From positions 918,392-982,391 of the forward strand of contig BPKI01000001.1 of NCBI GenBank assembly GCA_026005055.1: a DNA stretch of 64,000 nucleotides. The letters are read 5' to 3'. Of this stretch, positions 29,098-38,376 are shown in pieces (position 1 is the first letter of the stretch; each line of letters opens with the position of its first letter). The translations under genes and the position numbers were made by a program. The notes under the pieces were generated by a model, which saw nothing but the letters and a program-made list of their open reading frames with translations, ran no database searches and had not been told where the DNA came from. This DNA is from Lysobacterales bacterium. GTDB taxonomy: Bacteria; Pseudomonadota; Gammaproteobacteria; Xanthomonadales; BPKI01.

Positions 29098-30200
29098 GCT
29101 TCGCCTCGATTCCCGAGCTGCTGGAGGAGATCCGCCAGGGGCGGATGGTCATCCTCCTCGATGACGAGGACCGCGAGAACGAAGGGGACCTGATCATGGC
29201 CGCCAGCAAAGTGCGGCCGGAAGACATCAACTTCATGGCCACCCACGCCCGCGGCCTGATCTGCCTCGCGCTCACCCGCGAGCGCTGCCGGCAGCTCAAG
29301 CTGCCTCTGATGGTTCAGGACAACGCGAGCCGACTCGGCACCGCCTTCACCCTCTCGATCGAGGCCCGAGAGGGGGTGAGCACGGGCATCTCGGCCTATG
29401 ACCGGGCGCACACCATCCGCACGGCCGTGGCGCCGGATGCCAAACCGGAGGACCTCGTGCAGCCTGGTCACGTCTTTCCGCTCATGGCGCAGCCCGGGGG
29501 CGTGCTGGTCCGTGCCGGACACACGGAGGCCGCGGTGGACTTGACCCGGCTGGCGGGGCTCGAGCCGGCCGGGGTGCTGTGCGAAATCATGGCCGAGGAC
29601 GGGCGCATGGCCAGGCGCGAGGAGCTCGAGGCTTTCGCTGCGCGCCACGGGCTCAAGATCGGCACCATCGCAGACCTCATCCGCCACCGACTTGCCAACG
29701 AGAAGACGGTCGAGCGGGTGGCCGACTATCCCGTGATCACCCATCACGGTCCCTTCCGCCTGCTCGCCTACCGCGATCTGATCGCCGGCGAGCTTCATTT
29801 CGCGATGCTGCGCGGCGAACCGCGCCATGACCAGTCCACCCTGGTCCGAGTGCATGTGGTGCAGCCCTTGAGCGACCTGCTGCTCCTGCGCCGTCCCGAC
29901 CTTCCGGCACCGCTCGCTGCGATGATCGAACGCCTCGCGAGGGAGGAGACCGCCGTGCTGGTACTCATCCGGGAGCGAATCGACCCGCACCGGCTCCTCG
30001 GTCTGCTCGCACAGCGCCACGAGCCGGCACCCGCCGGCGGGGAGTGGCGACGGCATGGCATCGGCGCCCAGATCCTGCGCGATCTCGGGGTGGGGCGGAT
30101 CCGCCTGCTCGGCCATCCTCGCAGCTTCCCGGCGTTGGCCGGATTCGGGCTGGAAGTGATCGACTACGTGCCGAGCGAGGAGGGGGGGCATGGGGCCTGA
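29094..30200 (+). CDS. ribB: DHBP synthase fused to degenerate GTP cyclohydrolase II domain (RibBX type)
   Basis: DDEDRENEGDL, PGHVFPL, RAGHTEA, CEIM; C-terminal domain lacks the Zn-binding Cys motif. Confidence 0.94.
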   Translation: MSFASIPELLEEIRQGRMVILLDDEDRENEGDLIMAASKVRPEDINFMATHARGLICLALTRERCRQLKLPLMVQDNASRLGTAFTLSIEAREGVSTGISAYDRAHTIRTAVAPDAKPEDLVQPGHVFPLMAQPGGVLVRAGHTEAAVDLTRLAGLEPAGVLCEIMAEDGRMARREELEAFAARHGLKIGTIADLIRHRLANEKTVERVADYPVITHHGPFRLLAYRDLIAGELHFAMLRGEPRHDQSTLVRVHVVQPLSDLLLLRRPDLPAPLAAMIERLAREETAVLVLIRERIDPHRLLGLLAQRHEPAPAGGEWRRHGIGAQILRDLGVGRIRLLGHPRSFPALAGFGLEVIDYVPSEEGGHGA

Positions 30201-30663
30201 GCGGCGCGAGGGCGCTTTGCGCTTGCCCTCGGGAAGGCGCATCGCCTTGGTCGCGGCTCGCTACAACGCCGAGATCGTCGAGGGCCTGCTCGAGGGGGCC
30301 TTGGCGGCCCTGAGGCGTCAGGGTATCGCGGATTCGGCCATGGTCATCGTGCGCGTTCCCGGCGCGTGGGAATTGCCGCTTGCGGTCCGCGCCATGCTCG
30401 AGCGCGCCGAATGCGCCGCGGCGGTGGCATTGGCCTGCGTCCTGCGCGGCGAGACCGAACACTTTCGCCTGGTCGTCGAGCAATCAAGCCACGGCTTGAT
30501 GCGCGCATCGCTCGATACCGGCAAGCCGGTGGGCAACGGCATCCTCGCGGTGGAGCGGCGTGAGCAGGCGCTGGTCCGCAGTGCGCCGGGGCCCTCGAAC
30601 CGGGGTGCCGAGGCGGCGCTGGCCGCGCTCGAGCTCGCCGATCTCTTGGAGAGGCTCGAATGA
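30190..30663 (+). CDS. ribH: Lumazine synthase
   Basis: ARYNAEIVEGLLEGA, VPGAWELP, LRGETEHF, PVGNGIL. Confidence 0.93.
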   Translation: MGPERREGALRLPSGRRIALVAARYNAEIVEGLLEGALAALRRQGIADSAMVIVRVPGAWELPLAVRAMLERAECAAAVALACVLRGETEHFRLVVEQSSHGLMRASLDTGKPVGNGILAVERREQALVRSAPGPSNRGAEAALAALELADLLERLE

Positions 30664-31121
30664 AGCGCGTTTCCGGCATCGATCCGGCGAGACGAACCCG
30701 CGCCCGTCGGCGTGCGTTGCAGGCGCTCTACGCCATCGAGCTCTCCGGCAATCCGCCGCGTCAGGTGCTCGCAGAATTCGCCGAGGAACGTGACCCCGAC
30801 AAAGTCGATCTCGAGTATTTCGAGGAACTGGTGCTCGGGGTGGCGAGGGAACGCGAGGATCTCGATCGGATCCTGGCGACGGCCCTCGACCGTCCGGTGG
30901 AACGGCTCGATCCGATCGAGCGGGCGGTGCTGCGAATCGGCGTCTATGAGCTCACTCGCCGCCCCGAGCTGCCTTTCAAGGTGATCATCGACGAAGCGGT
31001 GCAGTCGGCGCGTCAGTTCGGAGCGGACTACGGCTATACCTACGTGAACGGGGTCCTCGACCGTCTGGCGCGCGAGCTTCGGCGGACCGAGACCCTCCCC
31101 CCGTCTGCCGATGGGGACTGA
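30660..31121 (+). CDS. nusB: Transcription antitermination factor NusB
   Basis: RARRRALQALY, ERAVLRIGVYEL, YVNGVLD. Confidence 0.96.
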   Translation: MKRVSGIDPARRTRARRRALQALYAIELSGNPPRQVLAEFAEERDPDKVDLEYFEELVLGVAREREDLDRILATALDRPVERLDPIERAVLRIGVYELTRRPELPFKVIIDEAVQSARQFGADYGYTYVNGVLDRLARELRRTETLPPSADGD

Positions 31122-32061
31122 GCGTGAACTCATCGCGCGGATCGCGCGCCGCGTCCGAGGCGGGTCCGGCGTGGTCTTGGGCATCGGCGATGATGCCGCG
31201 CTGCTCGAAGCGCCCGCGGGCTGGCTCGTGGCGACCTGCGATGCGCTCCTCGCGGGCCGTCATTTCGCCCCGGAGGACGACCCCGCCGACGTGGGCTGGA
31301 AGGCGCTCGCGGTGAACCTTTCCGATCTCGCCGCGATGGGGGCGCGCCCCCGCCATGCGCTTCTCGCCCTGAATCTCCCCGAGGCCGATGTGGAATGGCT
31401 CGAGCGCTTTCTCGATGGCTTCCTTGCGATCGCGCACGAGCACGGGGTCGCTTTGGTCGGCGGCAACCTGGCGCGCGGTGATCTTTCCATCACCGTCACC
31501 TTGCTCGGGGAGGTCGCCGCGGGCCGAGCGCTGCGCCGCGACGGAGGACGCGCCGGCGATCGGCTCTGGGTGACGGGTGCGCTCGGCGCCGCGGCGGCCG
31601 CGCTCGCCTCGCTGCGGCGCGGCGAGAGGCCACCGCCGGATTGGCGGGCGAGACTGGATCGGCCGGTGCCGCGGGTGAGCGCCGGGCTTGCCCTCGCGGG
31701 GGTGGCCCACGCCGCGATCGATCTCTCCGACGGGCTGCTCGCCGATCTCGATCGCCTATGCACCGCGAGCGGAACGGGGGCCGAAATCGACCTATCGGCC
31801 TTGCCCTTCGCGCCCGGGTTGGAGGCGCTCGGGGACGATGATCGGCTCGCATTCGCCCTGGGCGGCGGAGAGGACTACGAGCTGCTCCTCGCCCTGCCAC
31901 CGGGGCTCGATCCGCGGTCCCAACTGGCCGACCAGATTCCGATCACTGCGATTGGGACCCTCACCGCAGAGCCCGGGATCCGGCTTCGCGACCCGCGAGG
32001 GGCGCTTCGCCCCGTCGGCGCCATGGGCTTCGATCACTTCGCGGGCGCTGGGGATGCCTGA
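31111..32061 (+). CDS. thiL: Thiamine-phosphate kinase
   Basis: GIGDDAA, KALAVNLSDLAAMGA, AAIDLSDGL, GGEDYELL. Confidence 0.96.
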   Translation: MGTERELIARIARRVRGGSGVVLGIGDDAALLEAPAGWLVATCDALLAGRHFAPEDDPADVGWKALAVNLSDLAAMGARPRHALLALNLPEADVEWLERFLDGFLAIAHEHGVALVGGNLARGDLSITVTLLGEVAAGRALRRDGGRAGDRLWVTGALGAAAAALASLRRGERPPPDWRARLDRPVPRVSAGLALAGVAHAAIDLSDGLLADLDRLCTASGTGAEIDLSALPFAPGLEALGDDDRLAFALGGGEDYELLLALPPGLDPRSQLADQIPITAIGTLTAEPGIRLRDPRGALRPVGAMGFDHFAGAGDA

Positions 32062-32548
32062 GACCGATCCGGCCCGGCGGCTCCTTCGCCATCCCCTCGG
32101 GCTGATCGCGCTCGGCTTCGGCACCGGCTTGTCTCCGCTCGCGCCGGGAACCGCCGCGAGTTTGGCGGCCTGGGCCGCTTGGAGCCTGCTCGTCCCCGCC
32201 GAACCGGGCCTGCGCCTGGCTTCGCTCCTCGGTTTCGGGCTCCTCGCCTGGGCGGCGGTGCGCTTCGCCTTGAGGCGACTGAGCGCTGCCGATCCCCGCG
32301 CGGTGGTGGCCGACGAATGGCTTGGGATGGGCTCGGCCCTCGTCGTCGCGCCTCCGGGCCTGGTGGGCGAAGGCGCCGCCTTCGCGCTTTACCGCCTGCT
32401 CGACGTCCTCAAGCCCTGGCCGATCTCACGCCTCGAGAGGCTTCCCGGAGCGGCAGGCGTGATCGCCGATGATCTGGCCGCGGGGCTGGCCGCGGGGGGC
32501 GCGGTCGCCGTGTTCGCAGCGTGGCTTCATGGGCTTCAGGGCGGCTGA
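32054..32548 (+). CDS. pgpA: Phosphatidylglycerophosphatase A
   Basis: GFGTGLSPLAPGT, VVADEWLG, RLLDVLKPWPI, ADDLAAG; follows thiL. Confidence 0.92.
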   Translation: MPETDPARRLLRHPLGLIALGFGTGLSPLAPGTAASLAAWAAWSLLVPAEPGLRLASLLGFGLLAWAAVRFALRRLSAADPRAVVADEWLGMGSALVVAPPGLVGEGAAFALYRLLDVLKPWPISRLERLPGAAGVIADDLAAGLAAGGAVAVFAAWLHGLQGG

Positions 32549-33159
32549 AGCGCCGCCTCCACCGCCTCGCGCAGGGCCGGTAACACCTCGCGCTCGAACC
32601 AGGGGTGTCGCCGCAACCATCCGATATTGCGTGGGCTCGGATGGGGCAGCGGGAAAAACGTGGGAAGGTAATCGCGGAAGGCGCGGACGGTGGCGGTGAG
32701 ATCGCGTTTGCGAAGCGGGCCGAGGTGGTAAGCCTGAGCGTGAGCGCCGACGAGCAGGGTGAGCCGCACCGTCTCGAGAAAGGGTTTCAGGCGTGGAAAC
32801 CAGGTGGGGGCGCATTCTCGGCGTGGGGGAAGATCGCCGTTTCGGCCCCGGCCCGGGTAGCAGAGTCCGACCGGCACGATGGCGATGCGTCGCTCGTCGT
32901 AGAAGCTTTCCCGATCCATGGCGAGCCAGTCACGCAGCCGGTCGCCGGAGGGGTCGTTCCAGGGAATGCCGGTCGCGTGCACCCGCGTACCGGGAGCCTG
33001 GCCGACGATCAGAAGCCGGGCGCCGAGGCCGAGGCGGAGCACCGGCTTGGGGCCGAGCGGAAGGGCTGCCGCGCACAGGCGGCAGGCGCGGATCTCGGCG
33101 AGCAGCGCGCGAAGTGCCGCCTCAGTCGGGGAGGAGCTTGCCGGGATTGAGGATGCCAT
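32536..33159 (-). CDS. Uracil-DNA glycosylase family protein
   Basis: CRLC, IVGQAPG, PWNDPSGDRLRDWL, CYPG, LPHPSPRN. Confidence 0.9.
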   Translation of the reverse strand: MASSIPASSSPTEAALRALLAEIRACRLCAAALPLGPKPVLRLGLGARLLIVGQAPGTRVHATGIPWNDPSGDRLRDWLAMDRESFYDERRIAIVPVGLCYPGRGRNGDLPPRRECAPTWFPRLKPFLETVRLTLLVGAHAQAYHLGPLRKRDLTATVRAFRDYLPTFFPLPHPSPRNIGWLRRHPWFEREVLPALREAVEAALQPP

Positions 33160-34486
33160 CCGGATCGAAAACGCGCTTGAGCTCCCGCCACAGGGTGGCC
33201 GTCATCGGATCCAGGGCGGCGGCGAGGAAGGGGCGCTTGCTCAGCCCAATGCCATGCTCGCCGGAGAGCGCACCGCCGAGGGCGAGCACCTGCTGCATCA
33301 GCGCCTCGGCGCAGCTTTCCGCGCGCATCCGCTCGTCGCGATCCTCGGCCTCGAACAGGATGTTGACATGGAGATTCCCATCGCCGATGTGGCCGAAGGA
33401 GAGGATCGGAAGCCGCCACTCGGCGGAGAGGGCCTCGAGCCGGTGCGCGAAGCCGACCAGTCGACCGATCGGCAACACCACGTCTTCGTTGATCTTGCCG
33501 CTCGCCGCCTGGCGTAGGGCGGGCGAGAGCTTGCGCCTGGCCTCCCATAGCCGGCCGCAGTCCGCTTCGGCCTGAAGCTCGAGCAGCCCCTCGCCGGTCA
33601 GCGCCTGCGACAATCGGGCAAGCGCCCGGGGTAGCTCCTCCTCATCGCCATCCGCTTCGACCAAAAGCAAGGCGCCTGGCGGGCCGGTCTCCGCCCCTCC
33701 CAAGCGGCGGGCGAGCGCCAGCGCCTGCGGGTCGAGGTACTCGATCGCCGTGGGCGTGACCGGCTGGCGCAACACCCTGACGACCGCTGCGACGGCGGCG
33801 CTCGCGTCGCCGTAGAGGGCTCGGACCGCGCCACGGGCCGGAGGTAGCGGTCGCAGCGCCAAGGTTGCCTCGGAGATCAGGGCAAGGGTGCCTTCGGAGC
33901 CCACCAGCAGTCCTACCAAGTCGTAACCTGCGGCGCGCTTGCGCACGTGAGCCCCGGTCCGGAAGGACCTTCCGCAGCCGTCCACCGCCGTGAGGGCGAG
34001 GGTGTTGAGGCGGGCTTGGCCGTACTTGAGCGTTCGCGGCCCGCCCGCGTTACAGGCGAGATTGCCGCCGATGGTGGCATAGCCCGCGCTGGTCGGATCG
34101 GGCGGCCAGAAAAGGCCGTGCGCGGCGGCGGCCGCTTGCAGATCGGCATTGAGCACCCCTGGCGCGACCCGGGCGATGCGGTCGGTGGGGTCGATCTCGA
34201 GGAGGCCGTTCATGCGCTCGAAGGACAGCACCAGCCCGCCCTCGCTCGGCACGGCCGCGCCGGTCGTGGCAGTGGCACGCCCGCGGGGGGTGATGGGGAT
34301 GCGATGTCGGCGCGCGAGCTGGACGATTTCGGGTAACTCCTCGGCCTGCTCCGCAAAGGCGACGGCCAGCGGCAAGCCGAAGCGGCGCGAGTTGTCGCTT
34401 CCGTAGGCGATGCGGTCGGGCAGGTCGGTCAGGACTCGGCCCGGCCCGAGCAAGGCCTCGAGCGCTTTCAGGAAAGCCTCATTCAC
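33122..34486 (-). CDS. FAD-linked oxidase, GlcD/D-lactate dehydrogenase-like
   Basis: PPDPTS, TIGGNLACNAGG, VGSEGTL, FGHIGDGNLHVN, SGEHGIG, FDPDGILNPGK. Confidence 0.92.
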   Translation of the reverse strand: MNEAFLKALEALLGPGRVLTDLPDRIAYGSDNSRRFGLPLAVAFAEQAEELPEIVQLARRHRIPITPRGRATATTGAAVPSEGGLVLSFERMNGLLEIDPTDRIARVAPGVLNADLQAAAAAHGLFWPPDPTSAGYATIGGNLACNAGGPRTLKYGQARLNTLALTAVDGCGRSFRTGAHVRKRAAGYDLVGLLVGSEGTLALISEATLALRPLPPARGAVRALYGDASAAVAAVVRVLRQPVTPTAIEYLDPQALALARRLGGAETGPPGALLLVEADGDEEELPRALARLSQALTGEGLLELQAEADCGRLWEARRKLSPALRQAASGKINEDVVLPIGRLVGFAHRLEALSAEWRLPILSFGHIGDGNLHVNILFEAEDRDERMRAESCAEALMQQVLALGGALSGEHGIGLSKRPFLAAALDPMTATLWRELKRVFDPDGILNPGKLLPD

Positions 34487-35063
34487 CAGGTGGATCGAGG
34501 TATTCGAAGATCGTCACTACGCGCTCGACCCCCCGGGTCCAGCGCGCCACCTCGACCACGGCCTCGGCCTCTTCCTGGCTCAGCAGTCCCTGGAGATAGA
34601 CCACGCCCTTGGAGGTGGTGACGTTGACCCGGGTGGGGTCGAAGCCGGGCAGGGAGGTGATGTCGAGGAGTCCCGTCTTCACCCGGGCGGTGATCGCGCC
34701 GTCGCGAGCGAGACGCCAGCCATCGGCGGGAGGGGCGACCTCGAGGGCGTTGATCACCTGCCGCACCCCATCGATGCCCGCGACCACGGTCTCGGCATGA
34801 GCGGCGAGCGCCGGGCTCTCGACCTCGCCGTGGAGCAACACGATTCCGTTGTACGAGACGACGCCGATCCGGCGTTGCGTGGGGGCGATCTCGGGGTCGC
34901 GGGCGAGACGGCGCTGACCGGCGGATTCGATCCGGCCGTCGTCGAAGAACACCCGCGCGCCGCGGCGGTCGTGCACCGAGAGCGCGGTCACGGTCGCCGT
35001 GCCCACCACCACGGCGGCACAGGCGGAGAGAGCGAGACAGGCGGCGAGCAGGAGGAACCTCAT
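34479..35063 (-). CDS. dolP: Dual BON-domain lipoprotein (DolP/YraP-like)
   Basis: Lipobox LSAC, DRRG, two BON domains (SYNGIVLLHGEV; VTTSKGVVYLQG); downstream of yraN. Confidence 0.85.
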   Translation of the reverse strand: MRFLLLAACLALSACAAVVVGTATVTALSVHDRRGARVFFDDGRIESAGQRRLARDPEIAPTQRRIGVVSYNGIVLLHGEVESPALAAHAETVVAGIDGVRQVINALEVAPPADGWRLARDGAITARVKTGLLDITSLPGFDPTRVNVTTSKGVVYLQGLLSQEEAEAVVEVARWTRGVERVVTIFEYLDPPGE

Positions 35064-35413
35064 GGGGCATCCTCGATCGCATTGCGGATCCAGTCCCAGC
35101 GCGGTCTGTGCCGATCGCCGCCGCCGGCGAGGAGGTCGAAGCGGATCGGGCGGTGCGCGTGCTCGGGATGCGCTTGCAGGTAGGTCGCGGCGGCCGCGCG
35201 CAGGCGGGCCTGTTTGCGCGCATCGAGCGAGGCGAGCGCCCCGCCGAATCCCTCATGCGCTCGGAAGCGGACCTCGATGAAGACCAGCGTGGTCTCCTCC
35301 AGCATCACCAGGTCGAGTTCGCCGCATCGGTAGCGCACGTTGCGCGCCAGGGTCACCAGCCCCCGATCGGCGAGGAAACGTTCGGCATCGCGTTCGAAGC
35401 CATCCCCATTCAC
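35060..35413 (-). CDS. yraN: YraN family putative endonuclease
   Basis: ARNVRYRCGELDLVM, LVFIEVRFR, RFDLL; GTG start overlapping lpoA stop. Confidence 0.92.
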   Translation of the reverse strand: MNGDGFERDAERFLADRGLVTLARNVRYRCGELDLVMLEETTLVFIEVRFRAHEGFGGALASLDARKQARLRAAAATYLQAHPEHAHRPIRFDLLAGGGDRHRPRWDWIRNAIEDAP

Positions 35414-37131
35414 GGCCAGGTCGCGGGCGAGCGCAGCAAAGACGGAAGGCTTTTGTCGAAGACGGCGCATTCGAGCCGACGATGCACCCGCCCGTCGGCA
35501 CCGGCCGAGAGCAGCCCGCTGCCGCCCTCGAGACCGGTGGGCGGCGCGCCGCTCTTCAGCCAAGCGCGGGCGATCCGTTCGGCGTCCATCCCGAAGAGGA
35601 ACAGGCGTTGCTCTGGACCATTCTCCAAAAGACTCGGCAGCTCGGCGCGCGAAGGCGGCGGGCCGCCGAGATCGAGCATCCAGGGTGCGTCGCAGAAGAA
35701 CAGGCCGTCGAGATCGCGATCGTCGAGCGAGCGTCTGCCATCGTGGAGCATCGCCGTACCGGCCAAGGGGAGCTCGCCCTCGGTGAACAGCCGGACTTGG
35801 GTCGCCACCAGCCGAGCGAGATGGGGGCGGGCGATCAGCACTAGTGCATCGAGATCGGCACGATGTCGCTCGGACACGTGGATCTTGAAGCCCAGGGCGC
35901 GCTGGAGCGTTTCGGCCCGCCGCTTCGCGAGAGCGGCGTCCAGCGCCACACGGATCGGCTCTCGGTGGTCCGTGGCATGGGGATCGAGAGAGGCCTCAGC
36001 TCGCACCCGTCCGCCGCCATGTCGAAAGGTCTCGGCAAAAGCCATCGCAGCGCGGTCGGCGGCCTCCTCCTGGGCGAAGAGAAGGGCGACGTCGTCCACG
36101 CCTCGCGCCAGCAGCTCGACGCCGAGGAAGCTGCCGTCCTGCTCCGGCGGTAGCGCGAAGCTCAGGTGACCGGAGGGAGGCAAACCCGCATCGTTGAGCG
36201 CGAGCACGGGGACCGGCAGAAACGGCTCGGCCCAGAGCGCCCGCACGGCCTCGCGCGCGAGCGGGCCGACCACCAGCGCCGTGTCGGCAGGGCTGAGGCG
36301 GCGCACCGTGGCGAGTGCCTCGCTCGCCGTGGCCCCGACGGAAACGAGGCGGACCTTGCCTTGCCTGCCTGCCTGGAAGTGGGAGGCGAGGAAGCCGTCG
36401 GCGACGAGCTGGGAGGCCGACGACAAAGGACCGGCATCGTGCACCAGCAGGACGATCGTCTTCGAGGAGGGCTCCACTCGGGGCGCTTCGCCGACCACGA
36501 GCCGCAGCGGATCACCCGGCGGAAGCTCGGCCAAGAGCGCACGCCGTTCATCGAGCGGCATCCGCTCCAGCGCGGCGCGGATCTGCTCGCGCACGATCGC
36601 GCCATCCTCCTCGCGCGTCAGGGGCAGGAGACGCGCGCGCTCGCGCGCGGCCTGCGGCCAGTTTCGTTCGAGCTCGAAGGCGCGTGCACGAAGCTCGTGC
36701 AGGCGTGGACGCAGGGTCCGTGGAAATTGGGAAGCGGGAGCCGCGAGCAGCATCAGGGCGCGCGCGGCCTCGCCATCGGCCAGAGCGATTTCGGCGAGGA
36801 GCAGCTCCAGCCGCCGCTGCTCGGGATCGGTGAGCGGATCGCCCCGGGCGGCAGAGAGGGCTTCCAAGGCCGAACGCATCGCCTCGAGATCGCCTTCCTC
36901 GCGCCAAGCCTCGGCGGCGCGCAGCCAAAGCCGCTTGGCGCCGGCCCGATCTTGCCGGGCGCGGTCCGCGAAAAGTTCCGCAGCCCGTCGGAAATCGCCT
37001 GCGAGGAGCGACTGTTCGGGATCCTCGGTCGGGGGCGGCGGGGGGCGTGTCGTCTTGGTCTGACAGGCCGCGAGCAGGAGCGCCGCCATGCAGACGAAGA
37101 CGATGAGACGCGGGGCTGAGGCGAGCGGCAT
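35410..37131 (-). CDS. lpoA: Penicillin-binding protein activator LpoA (LppC family)
   Basis: Lipobox LLAAC, TPR-like N-half, VVGPLARE, VLALN, FALPPEQDG, RLFLFGMDA; divergent from rsmI. Confidence 0.88.
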   Translation of the reverse strand: MPLASAPRLIVFVCMAALLLAACQTKTTRPPPPPTEDPEQSLLAGDFRRAAELFADRARQDRAGAKRLWLRAAEAWREEGDLEAMRSALEALSAARGDPLTDPEQRRLELLLAEIALADGEAARALMLLAAPASQFPRTLRPRLHELRARAFELERNWPQAARERARLLPLTREEDGAIVREQIRAALERMPLDERRALLAELPPGDPLRLVVGEAPRVEPSSKTIVLLVHDAGPLSSASQLVADGFLASHFQAGRQGKVRLVSVGATASEALATVRRLSPADTALVVGPLAREAVRALWAEPFLPVPVLALNDAGLPPSGHLSFALPPEQDGSFLGVELLARGVDDVALLFAQEEAADRAAMAFAETFRHGGGRVRAEASLDPHATDHREPIRVALDAALAKRRAETLQRALGFKIHVSERHRADLDALVLIARPHLARLVATQVRLFTEGELPLAGTAMLHDGRRSLDDRDLDGLFFCDAPWMLDLGGPPPSRAELPSLLENGPEQRLFLFGMDAERIARAWLKSGAPPTGLEGGSGLLSAGADGRVHRRLECAVFDKSLPSLLRSPATWP

Positions 37132-37152
37132 TCGGATGCGGTACTTCGACCC

Positions 37153-37162
37153 TAAGATCATA
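37153..37162. promoter_or_regulatory. Overlapping divergent -10 elements for rsmI (+) and lpoA (-)
   Basis: TAAGAT on + (37153-37158) and TATGAT on - (37162-37157) in a 57-bp gap. Confidence 0.5.
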
Positions 37163-37188
37163 GCGAAGCCTTGCGAAGACCCCGCACG

Positions 37189-38019
37189 ATGGCCGGGACC
37201 CTGTGGGTGATCGCGACACCGATCGGAAATCTCGAGGATCTGAGCCCGCGGGCGCGGACGGTCTTGGCGGCGGTGGATGCGGTATTGGCCGAGGATACGC
37301 GCCGCACGCGAGCGCTGCTCGCGAGCGTCGGCATCGAGCGGCCTCTCCTGTCGCTGCACGAGCACAACGAACGAAAGCGAAGCAACGAGGCGCTCGCGCG
37401 ACTGCAAGGGGGGGAGAGCCTCGCCCTGGTCAGCGATGCCGGTACTCCGCTGATCTCCGATCCCGGCTTCCGATTGGTGCGAGCCGCTCGCGAGGTCGGT
37501 GTGCCGGTGCGCCCGGTGCCCGGTCCGAGTGCGGCGATCGTCGCGCTCAGCGTCGCCGGCATCCCCTGCGAGCGCTTCTGCTTCGAGGGCTTCCTGCCCG
37601 CGGCGCCGATTCGGCGCAAGGCGCGGTTGTCCGAGCTCGCCCACGAAACGCGGACGATGGTGTTCTTCGAGGCGCCGCAGCGAATCGAGGCGATGCTTGA
37701 GGATGCGATGGCCGTCTTCGGCGAACGGCGGCGGGCTTGCCTCGCTCGCGAGCTTTGCAAACTGCACGAGACGCTGCTCGGTCCCGATCTCCTCGCGATC
37801 GCCGAACGCCTACGGCTGGATCCGGAGCAGCGTCTAGGAGAAATGACCTTGGTCGTGGCCGGTCTGGACGAGCCCGAGCCGCGGGCCATGGCCGAAGGCA
37901 AGAGGCTCTATCGGCTGTTGGCGACCGAGCTGCCGCCGGCGCGAGCGGCGAAGCTCGCGGCGAGTTTCACCGGTCTGCCCCGTGCCTGCTTCTACGGCGG
38001 GGATGGCGACGGGGATTAG
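37189..38019 (+). CDS. rsmI: 16S rRNA C1402 2'-O-methyltransferase
   Basis: VIATPIGNLEDLS, AEDTR, VSDAGTPLISDPG, FEGFLP, ARELCKLHE. Confidence 0.97.
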   Translation: MAGTLWVIATPIGNLEDLSPRARTVLAAVDAVLAEDTRRTRALLASVGIERPLLSLHEHNERKRSNEALARLQGGESLALVSDAGTPLISDPGFRLVRAAREVGVPVRPVPGPSAAIVALSVAGIPCERFCFEGFLPAAPIRRKARLSELAHETRTMVFFEAPQRIEAMLEDAMAVFGERRRACLARELCKLHETLLGPDLLAIAERLRLDPEQRLGEMTLVVAGLDEPEPRAMAEGKRLYRLLATELPPARAAKLAASFTGLPRACFYGGDGDGD

Positions 38020-38139
38020 TCGCAAGAAAGGCAACGCGCCGTTCGAACTTCCTGCCTGATCGACCATGCCGAACGGCACGTCGTAGGCGGACGGGGAGAC
38101 GTTAAGCTTCCGCCTCGTGTCGGGTGTGGAGTCCCATCC

Positions 38140-38376
38140 ATGAGCGAAAGCCAAGCAAGCGGCGAGGGGCCGGTGTGGGTCGCGCTGGAGGCCGGGAAGA
38201 CCTATTGGTGGTGCAGTTGTGGTCGTTCGGCGCGGCAGCCTTTCTGCGACGGAAGCCATCGCGGCAGCGGATACCGGCCGCTGGCCTTCACGGCAGAGCG
38301 CGACGAGACGGTGGCCTTGTGTCGCTGCAAGCGAAGCGCTCAGCCGCCGCGCTGCGACGGCAGTCATCGCCGCTGA
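38140..38376 (+). CDS. CDGSH iron-sulfur (NEET) protein with two CDGSH motifs
   Basis: WCSCGRSARQPFCDGSH and LCRCKRSAQPPRCDGSH. Confidence 0.93.
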   Translation: MSESQASGEGPVWVALEAGKTYWWCSCGRSARQPFCDGSHRGSGYRPLAFTAERDETVALCRCKRSAQPPRCDGSHRR

